DNA of 64,000 bases. Origin: Balanoglossus misakiensis (Eukaryota; Animalia; Hemichordata). The translations under genes were made by a program, and so were the position numbers. Numbering within the stretch: the stretch's first letter is position 1; the number at the start of each line of letters is the position of its first letter. Below, one piece after another: positions 26,801-40,665 of this stretch. The stretch is taken from NCBI GenBank assembly GCA_040954595.2, contig CM082584.2:13199337-13263336 (forward strand), given 5' to 3'. The notes beneath the pieces were generated by a model that was not told where the DNA came from, did not search any database, and saw only the letters and a list, made by a program, of their open reading frames with translations.

Positions 26801-29800
26801 ACTGTGGTCTGTTTTGTTTTCTAGTTTAATAAGAAAATCTTTGACAGAAGCTGATGGAATTTGATCATGTACTCACGAAATTAACAGTATCCATCATTGG
26901 AGATGATTTACTGGCAGCTATTCTTGCATTGTCCAGCTGAAAGTCAACAAAAAAACATGTCAACTATGGAAGCGAGTCATGAAAGAGTGGGATAGCAACC
27001 TTTATGTCATTTCAACCTTGCAGTATAAGGTTATCGAAGATATTCTTACCTTTTCTTGAGTTTCTTGGCTTTTACTGACATGTAAGGCCAGATAATTCAT
27101 AACTTGAGGTTCTAAACCACTCAGTGATTCTAAGAGAGCTATTACTAACTGGGTCATGTGGGGTTGTAACAGTTTGCCAGCATTTTTGCTGATCTTCACC
27201 AAAGTCTGCAGGCTGAGAAGAGAAGTGTAAAAATTTGTCAACATGCATTGCTAATTGTGTTTTGTAAAATGCAAGGTAGACTACAGACAGCACAAACAGA
27301 TAGTTACCATATTGCTCGTATTTCCTCCACTTTGCTGGGCAGATACTTGAGCAAGATCGGCAGAACAAGACCTATAGCTTGTTCACCCACTGTGCCTTGG
27401 TTCAAATCACACAGCTTGATTGCAGCTCTTGTCAATGTCTTCAGAGCACTGTCTGCTGCTAGTCTCACAGATTCCTGTCAAATACAGACAAGGTTTGTGA
27501 AAACGGGTATGCTCATGTGCATACGAACAAAAATCCGCACTGCGATATGAACATTCCACAATCCTCGATAGTACAAACTTCGAGATGTGTTTATTTTCAC
27601 CAAGGTCGCAGTCACTGACCATAGTACTGTGAATGAAGTTTATCAGTTTTTTTATCAATCAATGAAGAGCATGACATGACTGATGCTCGCTGTGTTTACT
27701 CTGATTAGCAATCAGACAACATTAAAGGATGCCGATGTTTGTATTACCTGGAATGAACCCACCTGTAGACAGAATGATACACATACAAGTAACTGTGCAC
27801 TATACCACACCATTACAATGTGAGGGGTTTTAATCTCCATCAATACACAGTTTAATTATTCACCAGTACACGCAATTCTCACCTTAATATCGTCTCTGAC
27901 CCTGAAACACGTTTCTAAAAGTTCCGGCAGATGCTCCACCACGGGGTCCAAGTCTCTGCCTCGCAGTAAATCACTCAGGGCAAGGCAGCTGTAGACAGAG
28001 AAACCAGAATAAGCCTTGTGTCAATTTACACAGATTGGAAATTTACACAGATCAGCCACATTAAGTGACCATTCATGGGGTCTATGGAAACCCTTGAATT
28101 ACAAGTACTGTTAGTCCTCCTTAGGTGCATTGCTACGCTATGTGGCAGTTGCTGTGTGGAGTGAGTTTGGTAAATCCAGATAATCCACAGTGCAGTCAAT
28201 CAAAAAATCCTGCAATGTCTTCCTGTTTGGTATCGTCACAGGTACACATAAGAACATTGATTCCTCTCTTCAAAATGATTTTTAAAAATTCACCAAGACA
28301 TACCTAGATTCTCGTGTTCTCCACATATTACTGGTCAGATTTGCCAACAGATCTTGAAGAATCTCCTTCAGATACATATCAACCTGAAAAATGCCATCAA
28401 ACGTGTGTCAGGTCTACAGAATTCGTGGACAAACTCAGTAATCACCAACAATATTAATTCCACTCACAGTTTTCTTGTTGTCAGAGACCACAGCATTCCA
28501 TATGCTTGTCATAGACTGCCGTATTTGAGGATTGGGATCGTACTGGTAGCGGTACAGTTTTGGTACAATCTTGGGCAGATAGGGGGCTAACTGCTCTCCC
28601 GCCTGTGCCATGATAGTGCTGAAACCAAATGCTGCTCCCTGGGAGACCATAAAAAGATTAAGATTTCACAATGAGGTTTCACAAGATCTTGACATTCAGA
28701 TAAACATGGTATTTATTTGGAAGTGTGACACGGAACTTGTGGTGATAACTTTTTTGTGGGAAACTGAATATTTGCCGTGTTCATGTCAGAGAAACACATA
28801 CACAAAGATAAGTTATCGATGTCAGCCATTTACAAGATAACAGGAAATAAGTCAAAATGATTTTCAAATCAATTCAAAGTTCATTTTCATGAGGATAACA
28901 GTGGTAAATTTATTCAATCTTGTAGGTTTTAGTACAGTCACAAATATTTGATTTTCTGTTTATTGTAGAAGGATATTCATGGTTTGAGACGATCAGAAAG
29001 CCCATCAAAAAGGTGTATAACATGACAGAATTGAACTCTTATCATGTTATTGTCCATCGACACCTCCTGTAACAGGTAAACACGCAATTATCACCAATTA
29101 TCATCAGCATCAGTCAGACAGGTTTGCAGTAGGGCAGTGACTGCTGGCAGAGTGTTATCAAGAGGAACTAAGTTGAGCGTTACAATGTTTGCATTCAAAC
29201 TTCTGCAGACTCTGCTGGCTTTACACTGCATACAAGCAGCTAGCCTGGGAGAGCTATCTTCACCGGTGCTACATGACCGTAACCCCTGCCTGGTCAGTAG
29301 TGAATGCCTCCAGTCTAACACATGTGCTTACACATACATCATCTCCGGTCAGGACACAGACTGTCGACATCCGGAGACAGTTCTCGATGTTGACGTCAAC
29401 ATCGAGAAGCAAGAAAGAGCCATTGATGTCCTCAAGTTCATGATCGGGACCCAAGAGGAGAAGATGGACCGGGCTGCAGCACAACAATCTAGAAAGTGCC
29501 GACAACTGACACGTCATATTGAAATGCTCCAGGCAAAGATACCACACCTCGAGACAAGACTCTCAGAGATCACCCAAGAAATGCAGAATCACAAGAGGCA
29601 AGACGAGCTGGAAAGTACACAAGGTAAAACAAAATCTACACGTTCACATGGACTGAGAGTAACACACATTAACTCATTGAAAAACATCACTTAGATATCA
29701 CATAATTACAACAGAGATTTCTCTTTTGAGCTGAAGAAGTTTAACATTTTGATATCAGTTCTGACATGTCCTAGACACCCGTGAATTAAGGGGAAAAAAC

Positions 29801-32800
29801 AAGCCAAAGTACAGTAATTGCCGTTAAATGACGAGTCGGCTACTTTGAAATCACCCCTCCTCACGGAATAATTGACTGCAAAAGATTTTTTATCGCAGTT
29901 ATCAAGATAAGACCACCAGTATTGTTTGTTTGCATTGGCTATTCATATATGTGCTGTGAGATCCAATCAATGGAGAGATCCATTGATCACCTAACCTTTC
30001 ACCCGAGTCACTGACCTTCGACCTTTCCCACGGGCCAGTCTCTCAACACATGTACCAGAGGTAGTTCCTTAATTCAAGTTGCGGACATCTGGAACTCATA
30101 CTATTCCTTCCCTCACCACAAGACACTTTTCAAAACTATCAACGTATAACTTGCTTCATCACCCTCTGACCGCATAATTCTACTTGGCATGACTAGGCAG
30201 CATTTCAGAGTAAAGTACCCTAAATGTGAATGGCCCCTAGATAACATTAGATGAACCCGGGCAAAAAGGCAGGTTATAGACCTCATCAATTGACACCTTG
30301 TGTACATAAATTGTGGACATTCCCCACGTGAGAAGTGATAAGGACCATTTTATTGGATGTGATAAGAAACTATTTGGTTACAGGTGAACAATCTAAGCCA
30401 ATGCTCTGATTTTCAGTTAACTACAAATTTTAAACCAAAGAGCATGTACATTGTACAAGTGCAATTATCTAAATAGCAATTTTTTTCTGATCGTTTTATC
30501 CCTGTCTTTGTCCCAGGAACAGATACTTTCTGTCCCACTGGTGCTGTTTCCACTATCAGACCCGGGTGCTTCCATCACTTCCAGAACATCTCCACAGTCA
30601 TTGGGAGAAGAGTCAAGTCATTCCGCATCAACGACACCTTGTATCTGGCTGTGCCTAACATCCATAAGACCATCCTGTACAGGTGGCAGTCAGGCAAGTT
30701 TCAACACTACCAGGACCTCCACACTCAAAACGTCAGGGGTGCTGAGTACTTCTCAATAGATGGGCAACACTACCTTGCTCTAGCCAAATTCAGGGAGGGG
30801 AGAGATCAGTATCAGACGAGCTCCCCTATCTACAAATGGGATGGTCTGAGGTTTCAGGTCTACCAGCTGATTCCCACTACTGGAGCTTTTGACTGGATGT
30901 ATTTTAAAGTCCAGGCCACTACTGGTCTTCAACATTTTCTGGTGATGGTAAACAGCGCTCCAAACCATGGGTCCAGTAAGATTGCAAACATTATTTCCCT
31001 GTGGGATAAGGAACACTTTCTCCCCATCCAAAGCATTCTAACAGGAAAGACGAAGCATGCCTCATCGTTCACCATCGACAGCCAGACATACATCACCTTT
31101 GCAATATTTGAGGACAACAATTCACATGAAGTGAACTCACAAATATACAAAGTTCACTCTGCTACGTCTGGTCCAAGCATTGGATATCACGAAACACTGC
31201 CAATAGCCGGTGGATCCTATGCGATGGTTCCCTTCACTCACAACGGGCGGACATACCTGATGGACGTCATACGTCAAGACGATGTCAAAACATTCTCTAC
31301 ACTGTCTCCTGTCTACTCTTGGCAGGGGGATAGGTTTGAAGTACTTCAGAGGATTCCGACCGAAGGAGCACGGATGGCCTGCCCGTTTCAGATCATGGGA
31401 GATCTGTTCTTAGCTGTGGCTAATTGGAGAGGTCAGCTCACTTACAGGGTTGACTCTGTCGTCTATAGATTTGTTGACGATCAGTTTGTGGAATATCAGA
31501 GACTTCCGACCACAGCTGCTTCTGACTGCGAAGTGTTCTATAGTGGGAACAGTGTCTATTTGATGTTTTCAAATGCGTCAGATGATCCTGAATCTGTGTC
31601 ATTCATATTTAAGATGGATGGGGCCACTGAGCCTTAGACATAGGTGTGTGTGTGTGTGTGCAACTCTTGTGGCTAGACTCATGGGCCAGGCTGTTAGTTT
31701 TTGTGACTGAACTGGTATTATTTTGCTCAAACTAGCTGGTACCTTATTCCTCATAAAGCTGATCAATCAATCAAACCTCTATCACTCCATAAAGTTAGCA
31801 GATAATGACTGTTTGGTGATCATGGTGTCTATATCTCTCCCCAAAACTTCCGTTATCACTGTCTGGTGATTGTGCTTATCATACAAGCTCAATAAAACGC
31901 TAAGAAAAGATAAACATTGTACCTTTTTGGAGTTCCACATCGCATTGTGGTTGGCAAGATGCATGAATTTGTAGACCAAGTCTGGCTGGTTGAGGTCACT
32001 GGCTAGCGAACACAGCTCCTTGTATGTTGAGAGGCTACCTCTGCAATAGTTCAAAAAGTTGGTCTAGATGTAGTCTTTACATGTATTTAGCTGATTTTTA
32101 TGGTAAATAAAAAGGTTTTCTCTTCTTCAGTCTGTACATGGCCTTGGAAGACCTAGTCTGATATCAGGTCAGTTCAGATCCAACAGTTAGTTAGTTAATG
32201 AACTCACCCTGTTGGTGATTGGCCAAGGGCACCTTCATGGAAAACTTGAGTATCTTCAGTGACAGTCTGCGTGGACCTGAAAAGTGAAGACAGTGATCGG
32301 AAATTCTAGCATTACTTCAACTTGGTCTTGTCCATGTGAATACAGTAGTTTGTTAACATGAAGTTTTAGCACATGGATTTGGGTACCACCTATGGTGAAA
32401 CTCAAAGAGGTACTACAGAGGCATGTGATGAGAAAGATCTAAGAACACTGGGGTAGCTTACTTTCTGCCTGTGGTGAGAGTTTCAACTAAAGCTGAGACC
32501 AGGTTTTGCCGACTTTCACTACTGCTCTGGTCGTACACCAAGCCCAGGCCTTTTGATGCAGCATCTTGAGTGAATTCTGTGACAGACATACAAAGGGAAA
32601 TAAGAAATACATCATCCATGAAAATTGTATCCCACTATGTGCACATCCAGAAAAACAATAACAAAAGCAGTGACAATGTTTGGCCGCTGAGGGCATCAGC
32701 CTATACAAGCAATCCAACAGTAGCATTCATCTTCATTGAAGCATTCACCTTCACTGGATAACTTACCATCATTTTCAGTCAGCATGTTCATGAATGCAAC

Positions 32801-35800
32801 TTGGAGTTGCTGTAACTTGCTCTGGATTGCTGGGTGAGATCCTGACTTCTTGACGAGTGACAACAGCCACAAACAACTTGCCTGGAAAGAAGACATGGAG
32901 GTACTTTCATACATGACAAAATACTTTATGCGAACTATGATATCAGTATTTCAACCTTTGTCTTTCTTGAAAGGTTACATAGCCCTTACTTCCAACGCAC
33001 ATACCTGTCTGACATGTGGAACTTGATCCACACTGTATTTGGTTAGAATGGTTTCTACAAGCCATTCCATATCATCTTGACTTCCTTCACTCTCATCAGC
33101 TGTAAGCTGTTTCTCCTCCTCAGTCCACATATCTCTCCTGGCTGGTGACCTTTGACCCAGTGCAGCACAGTTCAACGCTTCCCCAACAGAGAAATGTAAA
33201 TGCACTTGTCTCTCCTGAAAATCCACACGGAAAGAAAAAAACATGGATGATGATCAGTATCAATGAAGTCCACAGTCTTCCTCTTCAGTGCAACACACAC
33301 ATGCAAACTCCATGTTGGATCAGAATGGCTGGCGAGTGTTAATGGGTATCTCACTCACCTTGGTTGAATCTAGCAATCCTTGAAGAACTCTTCTAGTATT
33401 CGGGAACTCATTGGCACCAACAGGCAGATAGCCCAGTGCCAGACATGCTTTCTCTTTCACCTTGTTAGCTTCTTTACTGGACTGTATCTTAGCAGCCAAC
33501 TTGTCAACAACCAATAACTTTGTACAGTGTTTGGCTGCAGAGCTGTCTTTCTTTGCACTCTTCTGATCAGATCCTTCACTGCTGCTTTTTCCGTCGTCCA
33601 CTTGGCCATCTTCCAGGGGCAGATTTCCATTCCTTCCAATCTCTCCAATGGCCAGACATGCACCACCATTCAGCAGTGCCTGTGAACTGTCCATGGTGGA
33701 AACTGCAAGATGGAAATAGTTCACTTCAGGATAATGATGATTTCATAGCCAATGTCTGACAGATACACATGCATCACACATATAAGAATAACACTCAGCA
33801 GCTAACTCACACCATGCATACAACAAACCTTGCTGTACCAACTCACCAATAGTTTTCACTGCATCAGCAATGGCTTCATTCAGCTGTTCCGAAGCCACAG
33901 TGTCTTCCAAATCTGTCTCCATGTCATGCACTGTTACATCAGACTTCTTCCTGTACAGGTATCTACCAATCAGGTATCCCAACGCTAACAGTGACCCATG
34001 CTGAGTTTCCAACCTCTGGAAAAGACAAGCTCTGTGATTGGTGGATTTCAACATCAACCACTGTTCTCCCATGATTGAGTACGAGACAATATAATACATG
34101 CAATCTAACTTTGCATCGCACATGTAGTTTTCTTATGAAGTTTACCTGGTCACTGATATTCTTGGTCAACTCCTTGACCACCTTCAGGAGTCTGCTGCTG
34201 TCCAGAGTACATGCAACTACAGCAAACAGCTGAGCTGCACTCTCTCTCATCTCTTCACGGCTGGAATGCATCAAAGCCTGTTGAGAAAATGAAACGGTGC
34301 GGTTATTACATGATCAAACAACAGTGTTGTTTGCAGGACAATTCCAATTTCATCAATCTGCAGTCAATGGAGACGCCTGTCAGTCAGATATCAGTCAGGT
34401 ATACAGCAGACGGCAGACAGATGGTGTGATATAGTGACTATGAGAAGAAGCATGAGAGCATACCTTGATCCATTCCAATTTATCCACAAACTGAGCAGCT
34501 AGTTTATTAGCAGCTACAGCTAAGATCTCCAACAGACAGTACATGGCCGTCTGGCTGGTTGAAGCTGATAGCAACTGTCTGGTCATATCCACATAGATCT
34601 GCACAGGTCCTTTGGATGGGTCCTTGCCAGCTCTCAGCAGTTTGTTGACATAAACACTGATGGTCGGTGCTTGTTCAATGCAGGGGTCACTCAGATTAGC
34701 GTCTATAGAGAGCCCAGCTGCATAGGCTAGACACATCCTCATGTATATTAAGACCTTTGAAGGAAATGCACAATGTTAATGGATGTCAGCAGAGACCTAG
34801 AGGCTTGAAGTCTCATGATTTTGTTTAGCATAGTTTTTGACACAGGTCTGCATCGCAACATCTCAGATATGGACTGCATGTAGACGATGTCTTACCTCAT
34901 TAAATATGGTTGGATTGAAAGACAGGTGGGTGGTGCCAATCACATGTCTGGCCTGACTCTTCAATCGCTGGGCTGCCTGGGGAAAACATACAACACACTG
35001 GTTAAGTACCTGTGCTCTGAATCAACAGAGGATCTCTAAATCATTATGGATCTTTTACTTCACAAGTCTCTCACAGATTATCCGTATAGACGGAATGGAA
35101 GGAAACAGAAAAGGGACCAAACTTACCTTTTCCTTGATATAATTAGCTAGTTCAGTGAAATCAGGGAATGGCTTCCATTCTTTGGTGTCGTCTTTATCAT
35201 CTGGTTTTGTTGGAGTTCTCAGAGCCTTTGTGGCTTCACCATGTATATCCTCTTTCCTGTGGAGTCCAAGAATTTGACAAAGTGTCAATGTCTATGTCTG
35301 TCTACAGATGTGGTCAATTGCTACATGCATATGCATTATATCTGCAGATTCATCTCTGTCATATCCAATGGTGTGGTACAATGTCCTGTGCATACGGTAT
35401 TTGCATTTTACGGCAGATCCACCTGTTAAATATAGCCAATGATAAAGTTATCAATGCAACTACTTACAAATCTCCTGATGCCAGTAACAGTGCATATCTG
35501 GATGGGATGTGAGTTGGTGGGAACACAGCAATCGCATACTGTACAGCAATCACCCGGGCCTGAGCTTCATTCTGTGCATGCGGAGAGACATGGTAATCTG
35601 ATGTTATCAGTAAAATAATCATTTGCCTGTGAAACAAAGATGTAGACTTTAATTCACACATAATGATGTACACAGAAAGCACAAATCCACTTACATTTTC
35701 TACATTGCTCATCACCAATGCTTCCATCAGCTTCACATTCGGTCCCTCCACATTCTTCAAAGCAGGTGTCATCATAGACAGTGCTTCTTGTACATGAAGT

Positions 35801-38800
35801 CTGGTTTCCTTGTCTTCAGTCTGTAGGAACATACAAATAACTTTTTAGAGTTGTCACTCGTGATAGAATGCAATAGTGACAGGGTTTTATTGCTGGAAAC
35901 TATTTCATTGAAATGGGTAAGTTTTGCTTCAGTGTTATCCAATGTGTTCTATAAGAGTACAGGTGTGTTTATTGTATCATGTAGTTTCAGAGCAAACCTA
36001 CTTTGCACATTGCTTCAAAAAACAGCTGTATCATGCCAATATCTTTGGTCACCATAATGGGTACTCTCCTGTAGATTGAAAATTACCAAAAAAACTGATT
36101 AATATTTATTAATGATTCACATCACTACATCTAGGAACATTTGAATTTTGGATGATTTGAATGATATACATATAATTTCATTCCAATCTTACCTTGCAAT
36201 TTTGCCAACTGCAACATACCCAAGTCCTTTCAGTTGATTATTCTGTGAGAAGAACACAAGACAATAAAATGTTGTCAAGTTCATTTTCAGCAATATGTGC
36301 ACCACATAAGAACTCATTTTTTGGAAAAATTATCATGACTTACATCTTTTGAGTTTCCAATGAGTTTTAACATTCCTGACATGAGTACAGGCGCCATTGG
36401 TGTTATCTTGGTATCACTACAACACAGACATAGATGATGGACAAACTGCACTGCATTCACTTTCAACTTGTTGTTGGTGTTGTTACCAAATAAACAATCA
36501 AACACAATCTGAAATAGAGGAAATGAGAAAATGAAACATGAATATCTAAAACACACAGTGCTACTTATTCATTTCTTATAACACACCTAAATTTGGCTGA
36601 TGCAAAAGTGCATCTCTCAGTCCTATGATTCAAGAATTATGAATGAAGAATACCTGAATGGAAGATGGAAATTGTTCGCAAGCTTCTCTTGATTTCAAGA
36701 GGAATGGGAACAATTTCATTCGGATTCTGGTGCTGGCTGGTGTGCGTCTGTCTTCGGGTTTGACCTGTGGTTTCTGGACAATGGACAAACAAGTCGTCAT
36801 TGAAACCTGAGGCATCATTTACTCTCATAATAAGTCACAAAATTTATCTGATATTTATTGTAGAAAACACTACCAGTACATATACTGCATCCAAGTATCA
36901 AAACAGCAAATATTTACCTGTCCTTTGACGACCACAGTACCCTGAAATATACTGTACATCTTCTTGACAATGATGGGATCATTCCAATCAATACCACTGT
37001 CAAAGAAAAATATGATAGATTGTATATCACATGACATTCAAGAAACGATATCAAAGTTTGAAATTTTGAAGTATATATCCTGACTACCTTTGCATTCTCT
37101 TCAATTCCAGATCAGCAGCAGTGGCCACACTGTGTCTCGTATCAGAACATCCAACAATCAAATGGCATACAACATCTTGTTCTGTCAGGATGTCTGCACC
37201 CAGGAAATTCAGGATTCCAACTTTGTTCTGCAAGCAGAGAGCAAAGAAGAATGTAGTGTTTGGTATGAGTGGCATTTGACACTTTCAGGCCTCATCTCCT
37301 AATACGAGAGTCCAGGGAGTCTGGACTTTAAAGGGAATAAACTGACAATAAGAAAGCATTACCTTCTCAATTTGTTCCGGGTCAGGAATATTCTCCCCCA
37401 ACACTCTCTTCATTGCATTCTGACTCAGACCGGCTGTGGGACTGGCTGCTGCAGCTGCCACTGAGCTGGCTGGTGCTGAACTTGGTCGACTTCTTCCAGA
37501 CGTCCCCGGGGCTCCTGGTGCACTTGGGGGTTCCGGTGGACCAGGGGCTGCTGCTGTACCTGGCCTTTCTTGGGTAGTTCCTCTGTTTGCATGGATGAAT
37601 TTTGAATAGAAATTATTTCTGTTTAAACACTGCTGTTTTGTGAACAGGATACGATCTTCACGCACAGATGTTGACTGTATTTTGAAACCATTCCAGTTTC
37701 AACAAAGGTTTATAATCTCAGAATACTCACCCATAAGTGTAAGGTAGGAATAAATAATCCAACATGAAATCTAAGAGCAGTTTCACAGTCTTTGGTCTCT
37801 CACTCAATCCAAACATCACTTTTCTTTTATCAGCATCGGGGGGATATTTGTACACACTCAAGGCTGGTATCAGAAGTTGCATCAAACTGTTGAGAAAGAA
37901 ATTGTTGTAATAATTACTCTCATCAAACCAATATATTATCATATTGAAGTATCCAATGGCAAACAGAGAGATTTGCTGACTAGTGTCTGCAACAAAGGAG
38001 TATAGTCTCACCTGTCCTGTTGTGCAGCTGGTTTTCCTTCAATGCACTGAATCAAGGTTGGTGCAAGGTCTGCCTGTTTCTCCGGGGCCATTCTGGGATA
38101 GCCCATTTTGATGTACAGAATTGTAAAATTCTGGAAAAAGTCAAAATACAATGGTCTGAGTTGGCACACAATGAAGGCATCAAGCTGGACAAAAGCAAAT
38201 AACTGCATACAACTCTTTCAAACAGTGGATTATACTGATCACAATGTTGGACTTACCGTTACAAAGGTTACAGCAGCAGGGTCCTGTAAATGATGAAAAT
38301 AAAAGTATTGGCTATAGATAATATAGATAAATGGCAATTACTGGTAAGTACACACCACACTATGACTGAGAAGAGAAGGCCAATGAGTCCCTTACCTGAT
38401 ACTGAAGCAGCAGTGGTTCCACTGGAAGCTGTATCTTGGGTCGACTTTTAATTCTTTTGTTAATATGTACCAGAAGTTCCATGACCTGGCAAATTAAAAT
38501 CGAGAAGTAAGTACTTCATGTACATGTACCTGAAGAGTCATTCATGCATATGAAGAGGACTCTCCCCTCGCAATCACAATTAATTGCATTATATGCTCAC
38601 CTTCTTACGAACTCCCTCTTGCTGACTTGACAGCTTGAGGAGAACGGGAGCCAAGAACTTGGAGACAACATTTTGTAGTTGTTCGTCGGTTTCTGCTGAT
38701 CCAACACGCAGGAATACCCTCTCCAGCAACTCTGCAATAAGAACCAAAGTTGAGTTGCATGTCAACCACATACCATTGCTCTTTGGATAAACTGGATGTA

Positions 38801-40079
38801 GCCTGGACAACCAGGGACAAGCTCACAGGTTAGATCAGGTTGCAGTTTTTTTATTGCATCCACAGAATCATGTGTAACACCACAGATGGAAGTCAAGCTA
38901 TTTATGCTGCTGACAGTACGGGCACCGGTTATACTCTCAAACATGCAAGTAATTATTTCTAGCAGTGTTTTGCTAAGTTTGGGGAATCCTGATAAACGTC
39001 ATTTGGAAACTCAGGCAATGCTTTTGTTAGTCATTAATGTTATTGAATTGATGAATGAACTCTGGTAAAAGCTTTGGGTACTGCTTTATTACATTCAGTT
39101 TTATGTCAATAACTTTGCAAGAATACCAGCTTACTATTCCACAGTGTATCTGCATATGATAAAACCTTTACTGCCCTAATGTATAATTGGTACTCCCTGT
39201 TGTACGACAGAAGGGTACTTTCAAAATTGGTCCCTTCTGTCCCGCAACCTTTGACGGCAAAATATACATGTATACATTAGGGCAATAAAGATCAAAATGT
39301 GACTATACTGATGACATTTACTTTCAGGGTTTGATCGCGGAGTTGACTGCATTGCAGAGAAGTATGGCTTGGCAGTTATGGTTATAGGAAAGATAGTAGT
39401 GTGCTTGAGTTGATCTCCATGACTTTTCAGAAGCTGCCACTTGGATTCACAGCTGATGTTTCTGTCACAGAGATGTTGCAGAACAGTATAATCAGTACTT
39501 AAATAATCGAGACATTTTTTCAGTTCAGTATTCCCCAAGAACAAGATCGCATCTAATGGAGGATAGTCTTTTCCCTATGCTTTACACTGAGTTATATATC
39601 TGCACTGAAACTTACAATGAAACGTGATTACACATACATGATGATTCATTCTCCTAGTCATCTCCTACTTTTATCCAGAATTCGTATTATTGTCGTGTTC
39701 TGTCTGGGGGAAAAAGATCACCCATGGTCTGATTTCTATGGTGCCGTCATGTTTCTGTGGACATAACTATTACTGCTTTCCGAGCAGCCATCTTAGAGGC
39801 ATTCCAACTATGTCGCCTTGTGCAGTGATCGGATCGTCGTGACATGACATGCACAAAAATCAGAGCGGGTCAACAAACACATCAACGTGGTGGCGACCGG
39901 TCTCACATAGACGCTGAAATTCTCGTTTTCTCGTCGTTATTAACATTCTAAACAATTTTGATGATGACGATACTAATGATCGTTTAGTTAACGCAATTTT
40001 CCGTCCAATGCGATTATTTTTACTCGTCCTTCAATAATTTTTAACAAGTTGACTTACCCAGTTCGTCCTGTGCAGCCAT
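23852..40079 (-). CDS. ECPAS: Proteasome adapter and scaffold protein ECM29 (HEAT repeats), roughly 40+ exons
   Basis: Starts MAAQDEL|[36 protein letters not shown]. Hallmark segments: [37 protein letters not shown]|[39 protein letters not shown]. Last exon ends ...[10 protein letters not shown] at 23852. Confidence 0.95.
29185..31637 (+). CDS. Nested antisense gene: secreted coiled-coil + EAR/EPTP-repeat (TSPEAR/LGI-type beta-propeller) protein, 519 aa
   Basis: Exon 29185-29623 has a signal peptide ([18 protein letters not shown]), a Cys motif CAYTYII and a heptad coiled coil, ending in a phase-1 donor. Exon 30517-31637 is in frame and carries about 7 EAR-like repeats ([51 protein letters not shown]). 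It lies entirely in the ECM29 intron at about 28639-31922. Confidence 0.88.
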
Positions 40080-40528
40080 CTTTGAGGCTGAGCAGAATGA
40101 AAGTATTGTAAACTATTTAGTTTATACGTTCGTTAGTGAAATTTACTGCTTTATAAATGATTACACACATCACATTAGGTTAAACTTACAATTTAATAAA
40201 TAATTTTAGACTAAAAAATTGTGACTAGTGGGAAAAGAGTTCACTTTAAAAAAACCTTGTTTTTATCAACTTTATCGAACACACAGATTAAAAAAGTCAA
40301 CTTTGTTATAAGTAGCTCTTTATGTTTAGTCGAGATTTCAACTATTAAATTAAGAATTGTGTGATTAAGTTACGTTTAAAATCCAAGATTTTATTAAAAT
40401 GCATATTTTACAAAAAAGTAAGCAAATTCACAAAGTAAATTGTAATTTTGTTGCTTATTTTTAAAAGATATTTGAGAAACCGATGCTGTAAACGTTGCAA
40501 CCATAGTGGTGGCTCAGCTGGTGTAAAA

Positions 40529-40537
40529 GTCATGTGA
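40529..40537 (+). promoter_or_regulatory. M-box/CLEAR-like element (GTCATGTGA) upstream of mucolipin
   Basis: GTCATGTGA lies about 130 bp before the putative mucolipin ATG, with a second TCATGTG about 20 bp downstream. Mammalian MCOLN1 is an established MiT/TFE target. Confidence 0.4.
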
Positions 40538-40665
40538 TCGATCATGATCATGTGTGGATCTCAGCCAAAGCAAAGTTTTGTTGTGGCCTAGATCCGCTTT
40601 CCTGCTGTCAATGTTTTTAATCTGTTCCATGACTTGGTTACCATGAACCATCGTTTGCTCCAGAG

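Noticed and set aside
39784-39800. Near copy of the ECM29 start context (gcagccatcttagaggc) in intron 1
   Set aside because: The ORF stops quickly and has no phase-1 donor. At most it is a YY1-like motif.
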